Both the position numbers and the translations under genes were made by a program. The notes under the pieces are model-generated. The model searched no databases and was not told the DNA's origin. It was given only the letters and a program-made list of their open reading frames with translations. 64,000 nt of DNA from Mobula hypostoma (Eukaryota), in contig NC_086097.1 of the NCBI RefSeq assembly GCF_963921235.1, positions 18,974,001 through 19,038,000 of the forward strand. Direction: 5' to 3'. Within the stretch, counting starts at the first letter, position 1, and each line of letters opens with the position of its first letter. This document shows, in pieces, positions 1 to 11,980 of this stretch.

Positions 1-513
1 AATTTACTCTCTTTCCTTTAGATTCTGTATATGAATCCTAAAGTTCTAAATAATCCTGCATTACTTTCATGATATAAGCAAAGCTAATTGCTGTTGGTTT
101 GGTTGAAACAGTCAAACTTCAAAGCAAACTGTATGCCTTTAAACCAAACACACTCAGCAAAACTGGTACTTGTTTTTCATTGGCTATTCCATCCGGTTCA
201 AAGTACTATTCAATTAGTGCAGTATACATGAGCCAGCTACCTGTTGAGAAGTTGATGCATCTATCTTTCCATTATAGCCATTTCTGGTTTTACTTTAATG
301 AATATCACCTAATACTTGTTTGTTGAACCTATTAATTATTTCAATTTCTGCCTTTTTTTAACAATTCTCCTCTCTCTTCTGAAGAGCCATGTTCTGTGCT
401 GCTTTTTAAAAAATTCAAAGGTCTCGCTGTGCTTTTTTTTACCCGAACGTCTCACTGCACGTCAATGGGTTGGTAGCCATCTCAGGTTCAGTTTTAAAAT
501 ACTCCGTCATCAC

Positions 514-1822
514 GGTTATGTTCTGCAACTCCAAAACATCAAACCAATTCAAAGGAAAACAAAAGATCTGAGAGATGCGAATCTTAAGTTTGTTCTTTAT
601 GTTAAGCAAAGCACGCATGTATCACATGGTAGCACAATGACGTATACAATTCATGTATTTATACATATAATCCATAATGAATGATTTAAACAAACAAAAA
701 TGCTTAATCAACCAATATATAGAAACATAGAAACATAGAAACATAGAAAATAGGTGCAGGAGTAGGCCATTCGGCCCTTCGAGCCTGCACCGCCATTTAT
801 TATGATCATGGCTGATCATCCAACTCAGAACCCAGCCTTCCCTCCATACCCCCTGACCCCTGTAGCCACAAGGGCCATATCTAACTTCCTTTTAAACATA
901 GCTAATGAACTGGCCTCAACAGTTTGCTGTGGCAGAGAATTCCACAGATTCACCACTCTCTGTGTGAAGAAGTTTTTCCTAACCTCGGTCCTAAAAGGCT
1001 TCCCCTCTATCCTCAAACTGTGACCCCTCGTTCTAGACCTCCCCAACATCGGGAACAATCTTCCTGCATCTAGCCTGTCCAATCCCTTTAGGATCTTATA
1101 CGTTTCAATCAGATCCCCCCTCAATCTTCTAAATTCCAACGAGTACAAGCCCAGTTCATCCAGTCTTTCTTCATATGAAAGACCTGCCATCCCAGGAATC
1201 AATCTGGTGAACCTTCTTTGTACTCCCTCTATGGCAAAGATGTCTTTCCTCAGATTAGGGGACCAAAACTGCACACAATACTCCAGGTGTGGTCTCACCA
1301 AGGCCTTGTACAACTGCAGTAGTACCTCCCTGCTCCTGTACTCGAATCCTCTCGCTATAAATGCCAGCATACCGTTCGCCTTTTTCACCGCCTGCTGTAC
1401 CTGCATGCCCACTTTCAATGACTGGTGTATAATGACACCCAGGTCTCGTTGCACCTCCCCTTTTCCTAATCGGCCACCATTCAGATAATAATCTGTTTTC
1501 CTATTTTTGCCACCAAAGTGGATAACTTCACATTTATCCACATTAAATTGCATCTGCCATGAGTTTGCCCACTCACCCAATCTATCCAAGTCACCCTGCA
1601 TCCTCTTAGCATCCTCCTCACTGCTAACACTGCCACCCAGCTTCGTGTCATCCGCAAACTTGGAGATGCTGCATTTAATTCCCTCATCCAAGTCATTAAT
1701 ATATATTGTAAACAACTGGGGTCCCAGCACTGAGCCTTGCGGTACCCCACTAGTCACCGCCTGCCATTCTGAACCATATACACAAGATAACTCAAATATT
1801 ACTGAAATATTAAATACACAAG
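514..1822. mobile_element. Possible solo-LTR-like element (about 250 bp net) interrupted by a CR1 insertion
   Basis: AT-rich segment from (g)gttatgttctgc to aaatacacaaga resembles degenerate TG...CA LTR ends. The halves 514-716 and 1774-1822 flank the CR1, with aaccaatata/aaccatata at the junctions. Confidence 0.3.
717..1773 (-). mobile_element. Young 5'-truncated CR1/HER1-type LINE (RT C-terminal half plus 3' UTR)
   Basis: Uninterrupted ORF with [52 protein letters not shown]. (TTTCTATG)n tail at about 717-750 on the minus strand. Confidence 0.95.
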
Positions 1823-2283
1823 AGGAACAACTCCTCATATTTCATCTGGGTAGCCTCAAATCTGATAGCATGAACATCGATTTCCCCTTACTGTAAAACA
1901 ACTTTTCTCTCTCATTACCTCTTTTTCTATTCCCCTCTCTGGCCTCATACCACTTCTCATGTGCCTATCACCTCCTGCTGGTACCCTTTCTTCTTCCCTT
2001 ACTCCCATGGCCCACTTGTTTCTCCTTTACAATACCTTCTTCTCAGGCCTGAATCTTTCCTACCCATCTGGCTTCACCTATCACCTCTGAGCTATCCTCC
2101 TTCCCCTACCCATCTTGTTATTCTGGTATCTTCTCCCTCCCTTTCCAGTCCTGAAGAAAGGTCTCGGCCTGAAACGTCGACTGTTTCTTCATTTCTATAG
2201 ATGCTGCCTGACCTGCTGAGTTCCTCCTTCATTTTGTGTCTATTGTTTGGGATGGCCAACATCTACAGAATTTCACGTGTCTA
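1821..2283 (+). mobile_element. Penelope-like element 3' end / pseudo-LTR
   Basis: Decayed EEQHLIFHLGSLxPDGMNIDF C-terminus, pyrimidine-rich tract, hammerhead motif and the conserved tagatgctgcctgacctgctgagttcctcc block. Confidence 0.85.
2146..2183 (+). ncRNA. Minimal type I hammerhead ribozyme (PLE-associated), intact core
   Basis: cagtc-CTGAAGA-a-agg-tctcgg-cct-GAAA-cg-TC-gactg: stem I cagtc/gactg, CUGANGA, stem II agg/cct, GAAA, palindromic ACGU stem III, GUC cleavage triplet. Confidence 0.8.
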
Positions 2284-2943
2284 TAATTTGACACACTTCA
2301 CTGTTTGTTTGATGCACATGTGACAAATAAAGATAATTTTATCTTATGTACAGGCAAAAAGGATTAGGTATTGGATGTGCTACATTGTAACTGACATCAA
2401 AGGGTAATTTACAGTTGCTGTTAACCAAACAGCATATCTCATGAGGTATAGGAGAACCTACAAACTGTTCTCTGACAGCACTCAAGATTCAGAATGAACG
2501 CAGTTGCCTGGAGCTGAAAGGCAGTGACATTAACTGCTGTGCCCATACGATTTATATCTATAAACTTTTCTTTACCACATTCTACCAAAAAATAATATTG
2601 TATTAAATAGAGCTAAGAGATGCTGTGTGGACTTTATTTTTAAAAATGTCTTGCGTCAGGATTGAACAAACAGCTAGTTGCCAAGGCACCAGACAATGTG
2701 CCTTCAAAGTGTTAAATATTGTGCCAAGAGTGAGAAGCGTGAGCGGGACATTTGAGGGTGAGGGCATCTTCCAAGCACGGCTACTCTCCCTGATTAAACC
2801 AAGAAATTCTGGAGGCTACAAACATCGAAACACCTGCCAATTAAATCTTGCTTACCGGGGAAAATTTAAAGAACACAAGAGTCTTGCCGGGCAAAATTAA
2901 CATAGAGCTGCAGTTTCACTGAAGGACTGGAAAACACTTTTTG

Positions 2944-4005
2944 ATGCATTCTTTCCTCCCAGCTCTCTGCTTTCCACTGTGATTCTGTGATTCCTTTGTC
3001 CATTTGTCCCTCCCCACTAACCTCCCTCCTGGCACATACCCTTGCAAGTGACAGAAATGCTATGCCTACCCATTTACCTTCTCCCTAATCTCCATGCAGG
3101 GCCCCAAACAGTCCTTCTAAGTGAGGCAACACTTCACCTGCAAATCCATTGGGGTTGATTATTGTATCCAAAGCTCCCAAGGCAGTCTCCTCTACATTGG
3201 TGAGACCTGATGTAGGCCACTCTCAGGGTGGAGGGGCAACACCTCATATTCCATCTAGGTAGACCCGAATCTGATGGCATGAACATTGATTTCTCCTTCC
3301 TGTAATTTTTTTTTTCTCTCCCCCTTCTATTTTCTCCTCTGGTCTCTTGCCTCTTCCCCTCACATGCCTACCACTTTCCCCAGAGTCCTCTCTTGCTTCC
3401 CTTTCTCCCATGGTTCATTCTTCTCTCCCATCAGATTCCTGCATCTCCAGCCCTTGACCTTTCCCATCCACCTGGCTTCACCTGTCATCTTCTAGCTAGC
3501 CCTCCTTCACCTCTCCCAACCTTTTTATTCTTGCATCTTCCCCCTTGCTTCCCTGTCCTGAAGAAGGATCTCAGCCTGGAAGATTGACTGTTTATTCATT
3601 TCCATAGATGCTACCTGGCCTTCTGGGTCCCTCCGTAGAAACATAGAAACATAAAAAATAGGTGCAGGAGTAGGCCATTTGGCCCTTCGAGCCTGCACCG
3701 CCATTCAATATGATCATGGCTGATCATCCAACTCAGAACCCTGTACCAGCCTTCCCCCCATACCCCCTGATCCTTTCAGCCACAAGGACCATATCTAACT
3801 CCCTCTTAAATATAGCCAATGAACTGGCCTCAACTGTTTCCTGTGGCAGAGAATTCCACAGATTCACCACTCTCTGTGTGAAGAAGTTTTTCCTCATCTC
3901 AGTCCTAAAAGGTTTCCCCTTTATCCTTAAACTGTGACCCCTCGTTCTGGACTTCCCCAACATCGGGAACATTCTTCCTGCATCTCCAGCATTTTGTATG
4001 TGTTG
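2944..4005 (+). mobile_element. Penelope-like element fragment (GIY-YIG endonuclease region plus pLTR), interrupted by CR1
   Basis: Decayed PKQSFxVRQHFTCxSxGVxYCI...LLYIGET motif. The pLTR resumes after the CR1 at 3984 (ctccagcattttg). Confidence 0.85.
3635..3983 (-). mobile_element. CR1/HER1 3' fragment
   Basis: Near-identical to 717-1070. FPMLGKSRTRGHSLRI...RVVNLWNSLP; ctcc is duplicated at 3631-3634 and 3984-3987. Confidence 0.95.
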
Positions 4006-4164
4006 CAGTGAAAAGTAAATTTGTTTCTGCAGCTGATATTTCTACACAAGATCTTCTCCTGCAATCAACACGGTATTAATTGAAACCATGGGCCTCTACA
4101 GCTAATGTAAAAGGAATACCAGCCTCCTTACACTCGTAGAGTGGCACAGATATCTTGACCCAAT

Positions 4165-4380
4165 TCAGAATCAGAATCAGGTTTATTATCACCAGCATGT
4201 GTCCTGGAATTTGTTAACTTAGCAGCAGCAGTTCAATGCAATACATAATATGGAAGAAAAATAATAATATATAAATAAGTAAATCAATACGGTAGATGTA
4301 TATTGAATTGATTAAAATCATGCAAAAACAGAAATAATATATATTTTAAAAGTGAGGCAGTGTCCAAGGGTTTAGTATCC
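4165..4380 (-). mobile_element. Rex1/Babar-type LINE 3' UTR fragment
   Basis: (GATTCT)n tail; reverse complement of the 3' UTR at 25800-25980. Confidence 0.7.
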
Positions 4381-6233
4381 ATTCTCCTTACTTATGCTTC
4401 CTCTTGATTTTATAAGCCTTGATAAAGTCACACCTCAAGCATTACATGACCTTCTGTGTTCTTGAGATGGACTTGGTCTTATATAGCCCATGTATTATTG
4501 ATTTTGGAATTGGCCATACACCATTCCATGTATTACTGAAATGGATTTGGTCCTTCATGGCCCTGTGTATTATGGAGATGGAATTGGTCTTGCACAGCTC
4601 TGTGACTCTGATTATAAGGCTTTCAGATAGGAACAGACCAGTGTAGAGCACAAAGCAGAGATCTCTTACGGGAGGTCTAATTGCATCATTTGTTGCTTTT
4701 TAATGATATGGGTCCTCCACAACCTGGACTGACACATTGACGTCGTGTGGAGGCTTGCGTGCTTCAAGGACTCCATCAGGCAATGCCATCTCAGGGCCAC
4801 CCACGCTGGAACGGCTGTGGACAAGATGCCAGACAAAGATCGATCCAAACCCAGTTCCTGAATGGACAGACTCGCATCTGCCCCTCCCGGGCCACACTTC
4901 AGTTAGAAGTGTGAATGCCATATGAAGCAACAACAATGATATGGCTCCTTAACTCGTGCAGATATGGTGGAAATAAGGCTCATTGTGATTTTCTGAGAAC
5001 TGGATAAATCTGTAGGGAAGAATTTGCAAGCCTCCAGAAGAAAGGCCAGCAAGGGAACTGATGAGTTCCTCTGGCGGGGAGACAGCATGGATCTAATGGA
5101 TCAAATGCCCTCCTCCCATACTGCAACCATTCCATGACTAACAGATGCAGAGCTTAGTACTGCTCACGTGATCTCACACTTTATACCAAATATATTTGCT
5201 CAGAATCTGACACAGAGAAATGATTTGAAATGTTCCCACAACCTATGGATTCACTTCTGACTTACAGTTCATCTCATGTTCTCGATCTTTACTTCTTATT
5301 TTTTATTATTATTATTATTATTTCTTTCTTTTTGTATTTGCACAGCTTGCTGTCTTTTACACACTTGTTGAATGCCCAAGTTGGTGCAGTGTTTCACTGA
5401 TTCTGTTATGGTTACTATTCTATAGACTTATCAAGTATGCCCACAAGAAAATGAATCTCAGAGTCATATATAATGGCATATATGCACTTTGAACATTTAA
5501 AAAAGGGAACAAAATATGTTCATCTAGGTGTCACACACAAAATACTGGAGGAACTCAGCAGGTCAGGCAGCATCAATCAGGCCAAGACTCTTCATCAGGA
5601 CATATGTTCATTTGTGTGATGTCTTTCCTGAAAACCTGAAAACATTTCATCCATTGTCATTCTAACAGGACAATTACCTCTTGATGGTGGGTCGGATGTT
5701 GTTGCCTGCAGTGTGGCAGCTGCATTTCCTACAGTGCCATACTTCAGGAGCAGTTAAGTGGCTGTGTAGTGCTTAAAACACCTTGAGATCCTGAAAGGCT
5801 CTTTATGAAAGGAAGTACCCTTCTTTAATACTGCACACAGCTCATTGAAACGTGTCACGGAGAGCTGCAGGTGGTATCCCAATAGAAGGAGGCAGACAGC
5901 TATCACCTGGTGAAAATAAAAAAAAATTGCAGGCTCTTAAATCTGAAATAAAATCAGAAAATACCAGAAAGACTTAGCAGCTCAGGCAGCATCTGTGGGA
6001 AGGGAAACAGTCATCATTTTGGGTCAGTGACCCTTGGTCGGAACTGGGAAAGCAAAGGATGTGACAGTTTCCAGTGGGGGAGAAGGTAGGGAAGGAATGG
6101 GTAAAACAAAGAGTCAGAAAGAGTCAAAAATGGCTTCATCGTGGCAATTCCCAGCACATTAAGTGACTGTGCAATGTGTTGTTAATGGTACAGTGGGAGA
6201 ACATGCCAAGCATTCCAGATTTGTAAGGCTTGT

Positions 6234-6965
6234 CTAGATATCACAAGGTCTTGACAATTTTGGAGAGAAGCTGGTCTTGAGATAACTCTCAATAAAACTG
6301 CAGGATTCTATAAGACGTGTAAAAATAAAACCTGTATCTTTAACCCCAGCAATAAGGGCATGACTGATTTTAGGAGAGTGGGAAAAAACCTTGGAGCTCA
6401 GATTGACTCCCAGATAGGGTGCTCTATTGACAATTGGACTTAAGAGATGGAGTAATAGGATCCTTAGGATAACGTTGAGCAGGGCAGGAGGGATCGGTGT
6501 GTCACGATGTGCACTGCCAATGTCGGAACCCAAGTGTGGAGGAAAGACAGACTCCAATGTAGAGATGGCAACTAAACTTTATTCTTAAGAATTCCAGCAG
6601 AACATCAGAGCCTCAGCCGAGCGACACAGCGAGGTAAGATTCTCAAAACCAGGACCCCATGATTAGCGCTAATTGGATGTTCGCTGAAATAATACAAGTA
6701 ATACGGAATCCCCTAGCCTGCCAAAATAAGCTTAACAAGTTTAAAGAGAAGGCACCAGGAGACCGCACTCCAAAGAGCGAATGGCTGGAGAAAACCACAA
6801 GGAAATCTAAATGATCAACAACACCTTTTAAACAACAATTAACCATTCTAAGTGCTCTAAAAACTTCCGAGAACAATGCCCTCCAGTGCCCCACACAGGT
6901 CCGAAGAGCTCATTTCAAGTGGAAAGAGAAATAAAACCTTCATCGGGCCTAGGAACCTCAAGAAC
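6234..6965 (+). mobile_element. Degenerate R2-clade non-LTR retrotransposon fragment, apparently interrupted by an LTR-like piece near 6500-6700
   Basis: Frame from 6234 reads QFWREAGLEITLNKTAGFYKTCKNKTCIFNP...KNLGAQIDSQIG, similar to the R2 RT C-terminal motifs FCxxxGL....KxxGFY and KYLGxxxDPWIG. Weaker downstream matches are KSEWL, ILSALK and FQVERE. Confidence 0.55.
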
Positions 6966-6974
6966 AGAGTCAGA

Positions 6975-7856
6975 GTTCTCTTGTTTGTCATCCTCCAACC
7001 TACTATCCCCCACATACAGCATATCCTCCTTAATCATTTATTATAGGTTCAGTGAGGTCCCACCACTCACCACAACTTCACCCCACCCATCCTCCCCTTC
7101 CCACAGAACTCTCTGCCTTCCACACGAACCACTCTCTCTCCCTGACCAGCTCATCTTTCCACAGCCACACCTACCTGATCCCTGGCACTTACCCCTTGCT
7201 CTTGCAGGAGGTGCCACACTCACTCCTATACCTCACCGCCATCCCGTGACCTTCCCGGTGAGGCAAATACTCATCTGTGCCCCCTCTGACTCGCTCACTG
7301 CGTTCGCTGTTCCTCAATGCTCAGCAAGACCAAACTAAGTGGTCAATTTGCGGAGCGCCTGCATTCTGTCTGCAGGGACCATTCCGAGCCCCGATATACG
7401 CCTTTGCAGCTCCCAGTCTTGCTCCCACACCAACCTGTCCTTCCTTGGCCTTCTTCACTTCCTGGTGAGAATATATCATCCCCACCTCCCAAGCAGCTGT
7501 CTCCTTCTGCATTGTCCCCTCCTCCACCTGGCTCCTTCTGTCTTTTTCATCCTTGCCTGTTTATACCTATCACCTCTTTCTTTCAACTTTGTCCCTCCCT
7601 CTCCCCCATCTGGCACTATCTGCCTATTGTTCTTACACTTGTCGGTCCTCCTGTCACCTACTGGCCGATCTTCCCACTCCTCCTCTCCTCTTTATACATG
7701 CTATCTTCCCTCGATCCTCGCCGTCATGTTGCAGGGTTTCGACGTGAAATATTGACTATTGTTTTACTTCCCACACCCCACCCACCCCACCATAGATGCT
7801 GCTTGACGTGCAGTTTGGTTTCTTTTGGTCAAGATTCCAGAAATGGCCTTCTCTTG
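6975..7856 (+). mobile_element. Old Penelope-like element fragment
   Basis: cctggcacttaccccttgc, ttcccggtgaggcaa...catctgtg, tttgcggagcgcctgcattctgtc (F.EHL.SV) and a decayed pLTR. Confidence 0.7.
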
Positions 7857-7859
7857 TGT

Positions 7860-8840
7860 CATTGTCTTGAGAGCAGAGGTGGCCCAGATGGAGAGAATGA
7901 GGGAAAAGGGATGATACCCTAACAGGGGGCAGGGTGGGCAGAGGTATGGGTGTGGTCATGGTACCTATGAGATTTAGTGGATTGAGAGAGGGTGTCATCA
8001 GGAAGTCTATCTCCTGAGATACAGACAGAGAGATTCACTGACACCACACACATACAAAACGCTGAAGGAACTCAGTAGGCCAGGCAGCATCTATGGGTTC
8101 AAATAAACAGTTGAAGTTTTGGGCCAAAACCTTTCATTCAGGACTGGAAAGGAAGGGAACAACAGCCAGAATTCCCTTCCACAGAATCTGCCTGGCATGC
8201 TGAGTTCCTCCAGCATTTTGTGTGTCCTGGTCAAGTTCATGTTCATTGTTGTTCAGCCATACACATGTATACACAGCACATACAGCACATAGAATAATTC
8301 AAACACAAAAATATTAACAGATAATAAAGTATCATTCTGAAAATGTGCGAGTTCACATATTCCAGCATCTGCCGGCCTCTCTTATGCTTACGAGATCGAG
8401 CGGAGGAAGTGTCAAAGATAGTCCAGGTGAATTTGAGGACAGGGTGGAAACTGGCAAAAATGATGAAATCGTTCCGTTTCTGAAATTAACGAGTCCTGCA
8501 CAAGTGTAGGAGGCAGCACTGATGCAGTTATTGATGTGGTGGAGATTGAGTTGGGGAGTGTGCCAGAATTGGCTTAGAATAAGATTTGTTCCCTGTAGCG
8601 ATTGAAAGACAGACACTGTTAGGACCCATGTGAGTGCCCACGGCCCAAGATTTGTAGAAAGTGGGAGGAACTGAATGACAAATTTTTGCGGATGAGGAAG
8701 GGGGCAGCTGGGGGCAGGGAGAAAGACTCTATTATCTAAGGTTGGAGGACTTGCTATTGAGTCCGGAGGCTGCAGTGTACCCAGACAGAAGGTGAGATGT
8801 TGTTCCTCAAGTTTCTGTTGCATCTCATGGCAACAGGGTA
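7860..8840 (-). mobile_element. Cluster of old Penelope-like fragments, including an inverted pLTR pair at about 8050-8230
   Basis: Reverse ORF contains QKLEEQHLTFCLGTLQP. pLTR blocks occur in both orientations. Confidence 0.65.
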
Positions 8841-9530
8841 CATGTAGGGGCAATTTGTCACAAAGTAGAGGATGTGAGTAAATTGACAAAATATGCTACA
8901 CGCTCCATTGATGTCAGTTAGCGTTAGAACATACGTATGAGTTTTACTTCATGTATATGGAGGCATAAACCATGCAAACATGATGCCCCATGAACATGTT
9001 GCCTGATGGGGATTTTATATTACTGTGCATGAATGGAACAAAAGTAAGCAGTTAATTGTTAGCCATTAGTGTGTGTGCTCCGCACAAATGTGCAAAACCC
9101 TTGAAAAAGGATCTAGTGATTTCCTGGCGCATATTGCAAATAACCTCTTCCTGGGCTTCCTGCCGGGTACAGGCATCGATTATAGCTGACGTTTGGGTGA
9201 CAAACTCAGGGATGAAGATGACAGAGTTTGCCATCAAAACATTGGTTACAACCGATACCTGTACACAACTAGAAGCCCATGAAGAGTTTATTACATAGTC
9301 CATCCAGGGCCGATAGGGATCAAACTATAATGATCCTGCTCACCGCCTGTCCCCAGTCTCATCTCCCCATGATGCACGCTGAAATAATCAACAAAAATTG
9401 AATAACATTCACTTCTCCCCTTTAGCCCCCCCCACCCCCGCACACACACATCACATGTTGTATCTTTTTAGACAGAGCAGGCCATTTGGCCCATTGAGTC
9501 TATGTCAGAGTGTAAGTGGCACAGCAGTGT

Positions 9531-9737
9531 TGTTGTCATTCCTCTCGCGCCTTGTGGCACATCAGGCAGCATTTTTTGCCATTTCTTTGGCGTTTGTCTG
9601 TTTTTTATGAGGCCGAGTTGCTAGCTTGACGCCCGGCCCAGCACGGACGGAAAGGGTGCAAGGAGTCAGCTGGATTTGAACCCAGGACCGTGCACCTCAA
9701 AGTCCAGTCCTGAAGCCACTGCACCACTGGCCAGCTA
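9531..9737 (-). mobile_element. tRNA-derived SINE with (CAA)n tail
   Basis: Minus strand shows A box gtggtgcagtgg and B box ggttcaaatcc. 13-bp TSD ggcacag(c/t)agtgt at 9518-9530 and 9738-9750; inserted in a V-SINE head. Confidence 0.85.
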
Positions 9738-9804
9738 GGCACAGTAGTGTAGTGGTTAGTACAGCACCACCAATTGGAAAATTCCCACTGCAATCTGTAA
9801 AGAC

Positions 9805-10533
9805 TTAGATTAGATTATGAGAACACCCAGTCCTCTTTTATTGTCATTTAGAAATGCATGCATGCATTAAGAAATGATACAATGTTTCTCTGGAGTGATA
9901 TCACAGAAAACAGGACAAACCAAAGACTAACACTGACAGAACCACATAATTATAACATATAGTTACAGCAGTGTAAAGCAATATCATAATTTGATGAAGA
10001 ACAAACCATGCCTATTTCGCTACCGCTGTTACTGCATGAACCGAAATTTCCGGAGGGGAAGGCCCTGAATCCTTGGCTTTCCCTGTTGCTTGGCGGTCGG
10101 GGCCGGGGTCGAAGCGCTCGGCAGAGATGGTGCTCGGTGCTCGGTGTCGGAGGGCTGGTCGGAGGCTCGAAGTTTTTGGACGGACTCAGAGTTGGACTGC
10201 GGTCGGGTGCTTCCGGAGTAATGCATCGACAAGTTTGCAGCACTGGAAGCTCATGGCAGGGAGAGTTTCTCCCTTCTACCCTCTGCGTGAGATGATGGGC
10301 TATCAGAACTTTGAGACTTTTTTTTACCGTGCCCATTGTCTGCTCTTATCAAATTATGGTATTGTTTTGCACTGTTGTAACTATATGTTATAATTATGTG
10401 TTTTTCGTCAGCTGTAGTTTTGGTCTGTCTTGTGTTTCTGTGATATCATACCGCAGGAACATTGTATCATTTTTAATGCATGCATTACTAAATGACAATA
10501 AACGAGGACTGAGTGTCCTCATAATCTAATAAT
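9805..10533 (+). mobile_element. CpG-rich non-coding retroposon with (TCTAA)n tail and an inverted copy of its own 3' end
   Basis: 10008-10533 matches 62955-63383 and the reverse complement of 59938-60440. 9805-10007 is the reverse complement of about 10333-10533. Confidence 0.85.
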
Positions 10534-11357
10534 CGAAGGAACTGGATTACACGTAGTCGGATTAGTGAAGGTCAAATGTACCAGGGATGGGATGTGAGAG
10601 GAAACCGAAGCAGGCAGCACCCGAGTTCACGGTTTAATAAAGAGGCTATGAGGCAGCAGCTCTAACTGCTGCACCAACCCATCATTCTCCCCACAGCGTT
10701 GTGACCCTCTTCACCCACACCAATCTGATCAGATAAATAGCTCCACCATTCATTACCAATCCTTGGAGGAAACATAAAGGAACAGCCCCAATAAGTCTGC
10801 ACTTATTTGTAAAGATTGGCAAATTTGGTTCCAGATTGCTGACTTGTACACTGTGATTCATATCCTTTGTACTTCAGTTCAATCCATTGTCTGTCTGCTG
10901 ATTCTCCATTATCCCTGAAGATTGGCTGAAGAGACTAATGAACCATCCCCCTAGGTAGCAGTTGGATAATGATACGTCATCTTCTTGGAATGGTAGTGCA
11001 GACTCAACGGGCTGTATGGCTTAATTCTGCCCCTATATCTTATGGACTTATGGAATTGTGAGAGGATATGTCAGCAATGGCTGTGACTGTGAAAGGATCT
11101 CCATCTGGAGCTGGACACATTCCTACATTTTCCATCAGGCTGCCACCAACAAACCTTCAAAATCAAAAATGAGTTTTTACCTCATCTGCAATGGTTTTGA
11201 CTTAAGATTTTCCCCGAGACGCCGGAACACCAGTGGAAGATTGGTGCAGCCTTCACTGAACGCAGCTCACCATTTGACTGAAACTCTGAGGAGAACTAAT
11301 TTTCCCACTGTTTGATGCTTTTACAGATGACCTTACAGATCTGAGTGCTTGGATGGA

Positions 11358-11980
11358 TCATAGAACATAGAACAGAACAGCACAGGAACAAGTCCATGAG
11401 CCCACAGACTTGTGTCAAATTAAACTAATCCCTTTTGCCTACGCAATGTCCATATCCCTTCATTCTCTGCACATTCATGTGTTTATCTAAGAGCCTTTAA
11501 AATGCTTCTACTATATTTGCTTCCACTACCACCCCTGACACCATATTCCAGGCACCCCCTACTCTCTCTGTAAAAATAAACTTGTCCCATATATCTCTTT
11601 TGAACTTACCCTTTCTCACCTGGAATGTATGCCCACTGATATTAAACATATCCAGCCTGGGAGAAAGAGACCAGCTTTCTACTCTATCTACTGTGTGCCT
11701 CTCATAACTTTATAAACTTCTATCAGATCTGCCATCAGTCTCTAATGCTCCAAAGAAAACAACCTAAGTTTGTCTACCCTCTCCGTATAGCATATGCCCT
11801 GTCACCCAGGTAGCATCCTGGTAAACCTCTTGTAAACACTCTCTGAAGCCTCCACATCCTCCCTATAATGGGACAACCCAAATGAATGCTTTAGTTGAGA
11901 TGCAGCCTAATCAGAATTCTGTATTTCTGCAACATACGCTCCTGAGTTGAACTCAATGCCGAGACAAAAAAGGCAAGGAT
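11358..11980 (-). mobile_element. Old CR1 3' fragment
   Basis: catagaacatagaac tail plus reverse-strand RT C-terminal motifs. Confidence 0.8.

Noticed and set aside
1774..1838. N-terminal part of ORF 825..1838
   Set aside because: Lies outside the CR1 5' truncation point; chance read-through into flanking repeats.
9640..9737. tRNA-like sequences here and at about 16990-17061, 37877-37948 and 39640-39707
   Set aside because: These are SINE heads followed by SINE bodies, some with TSDs; no complete cloverleaf.
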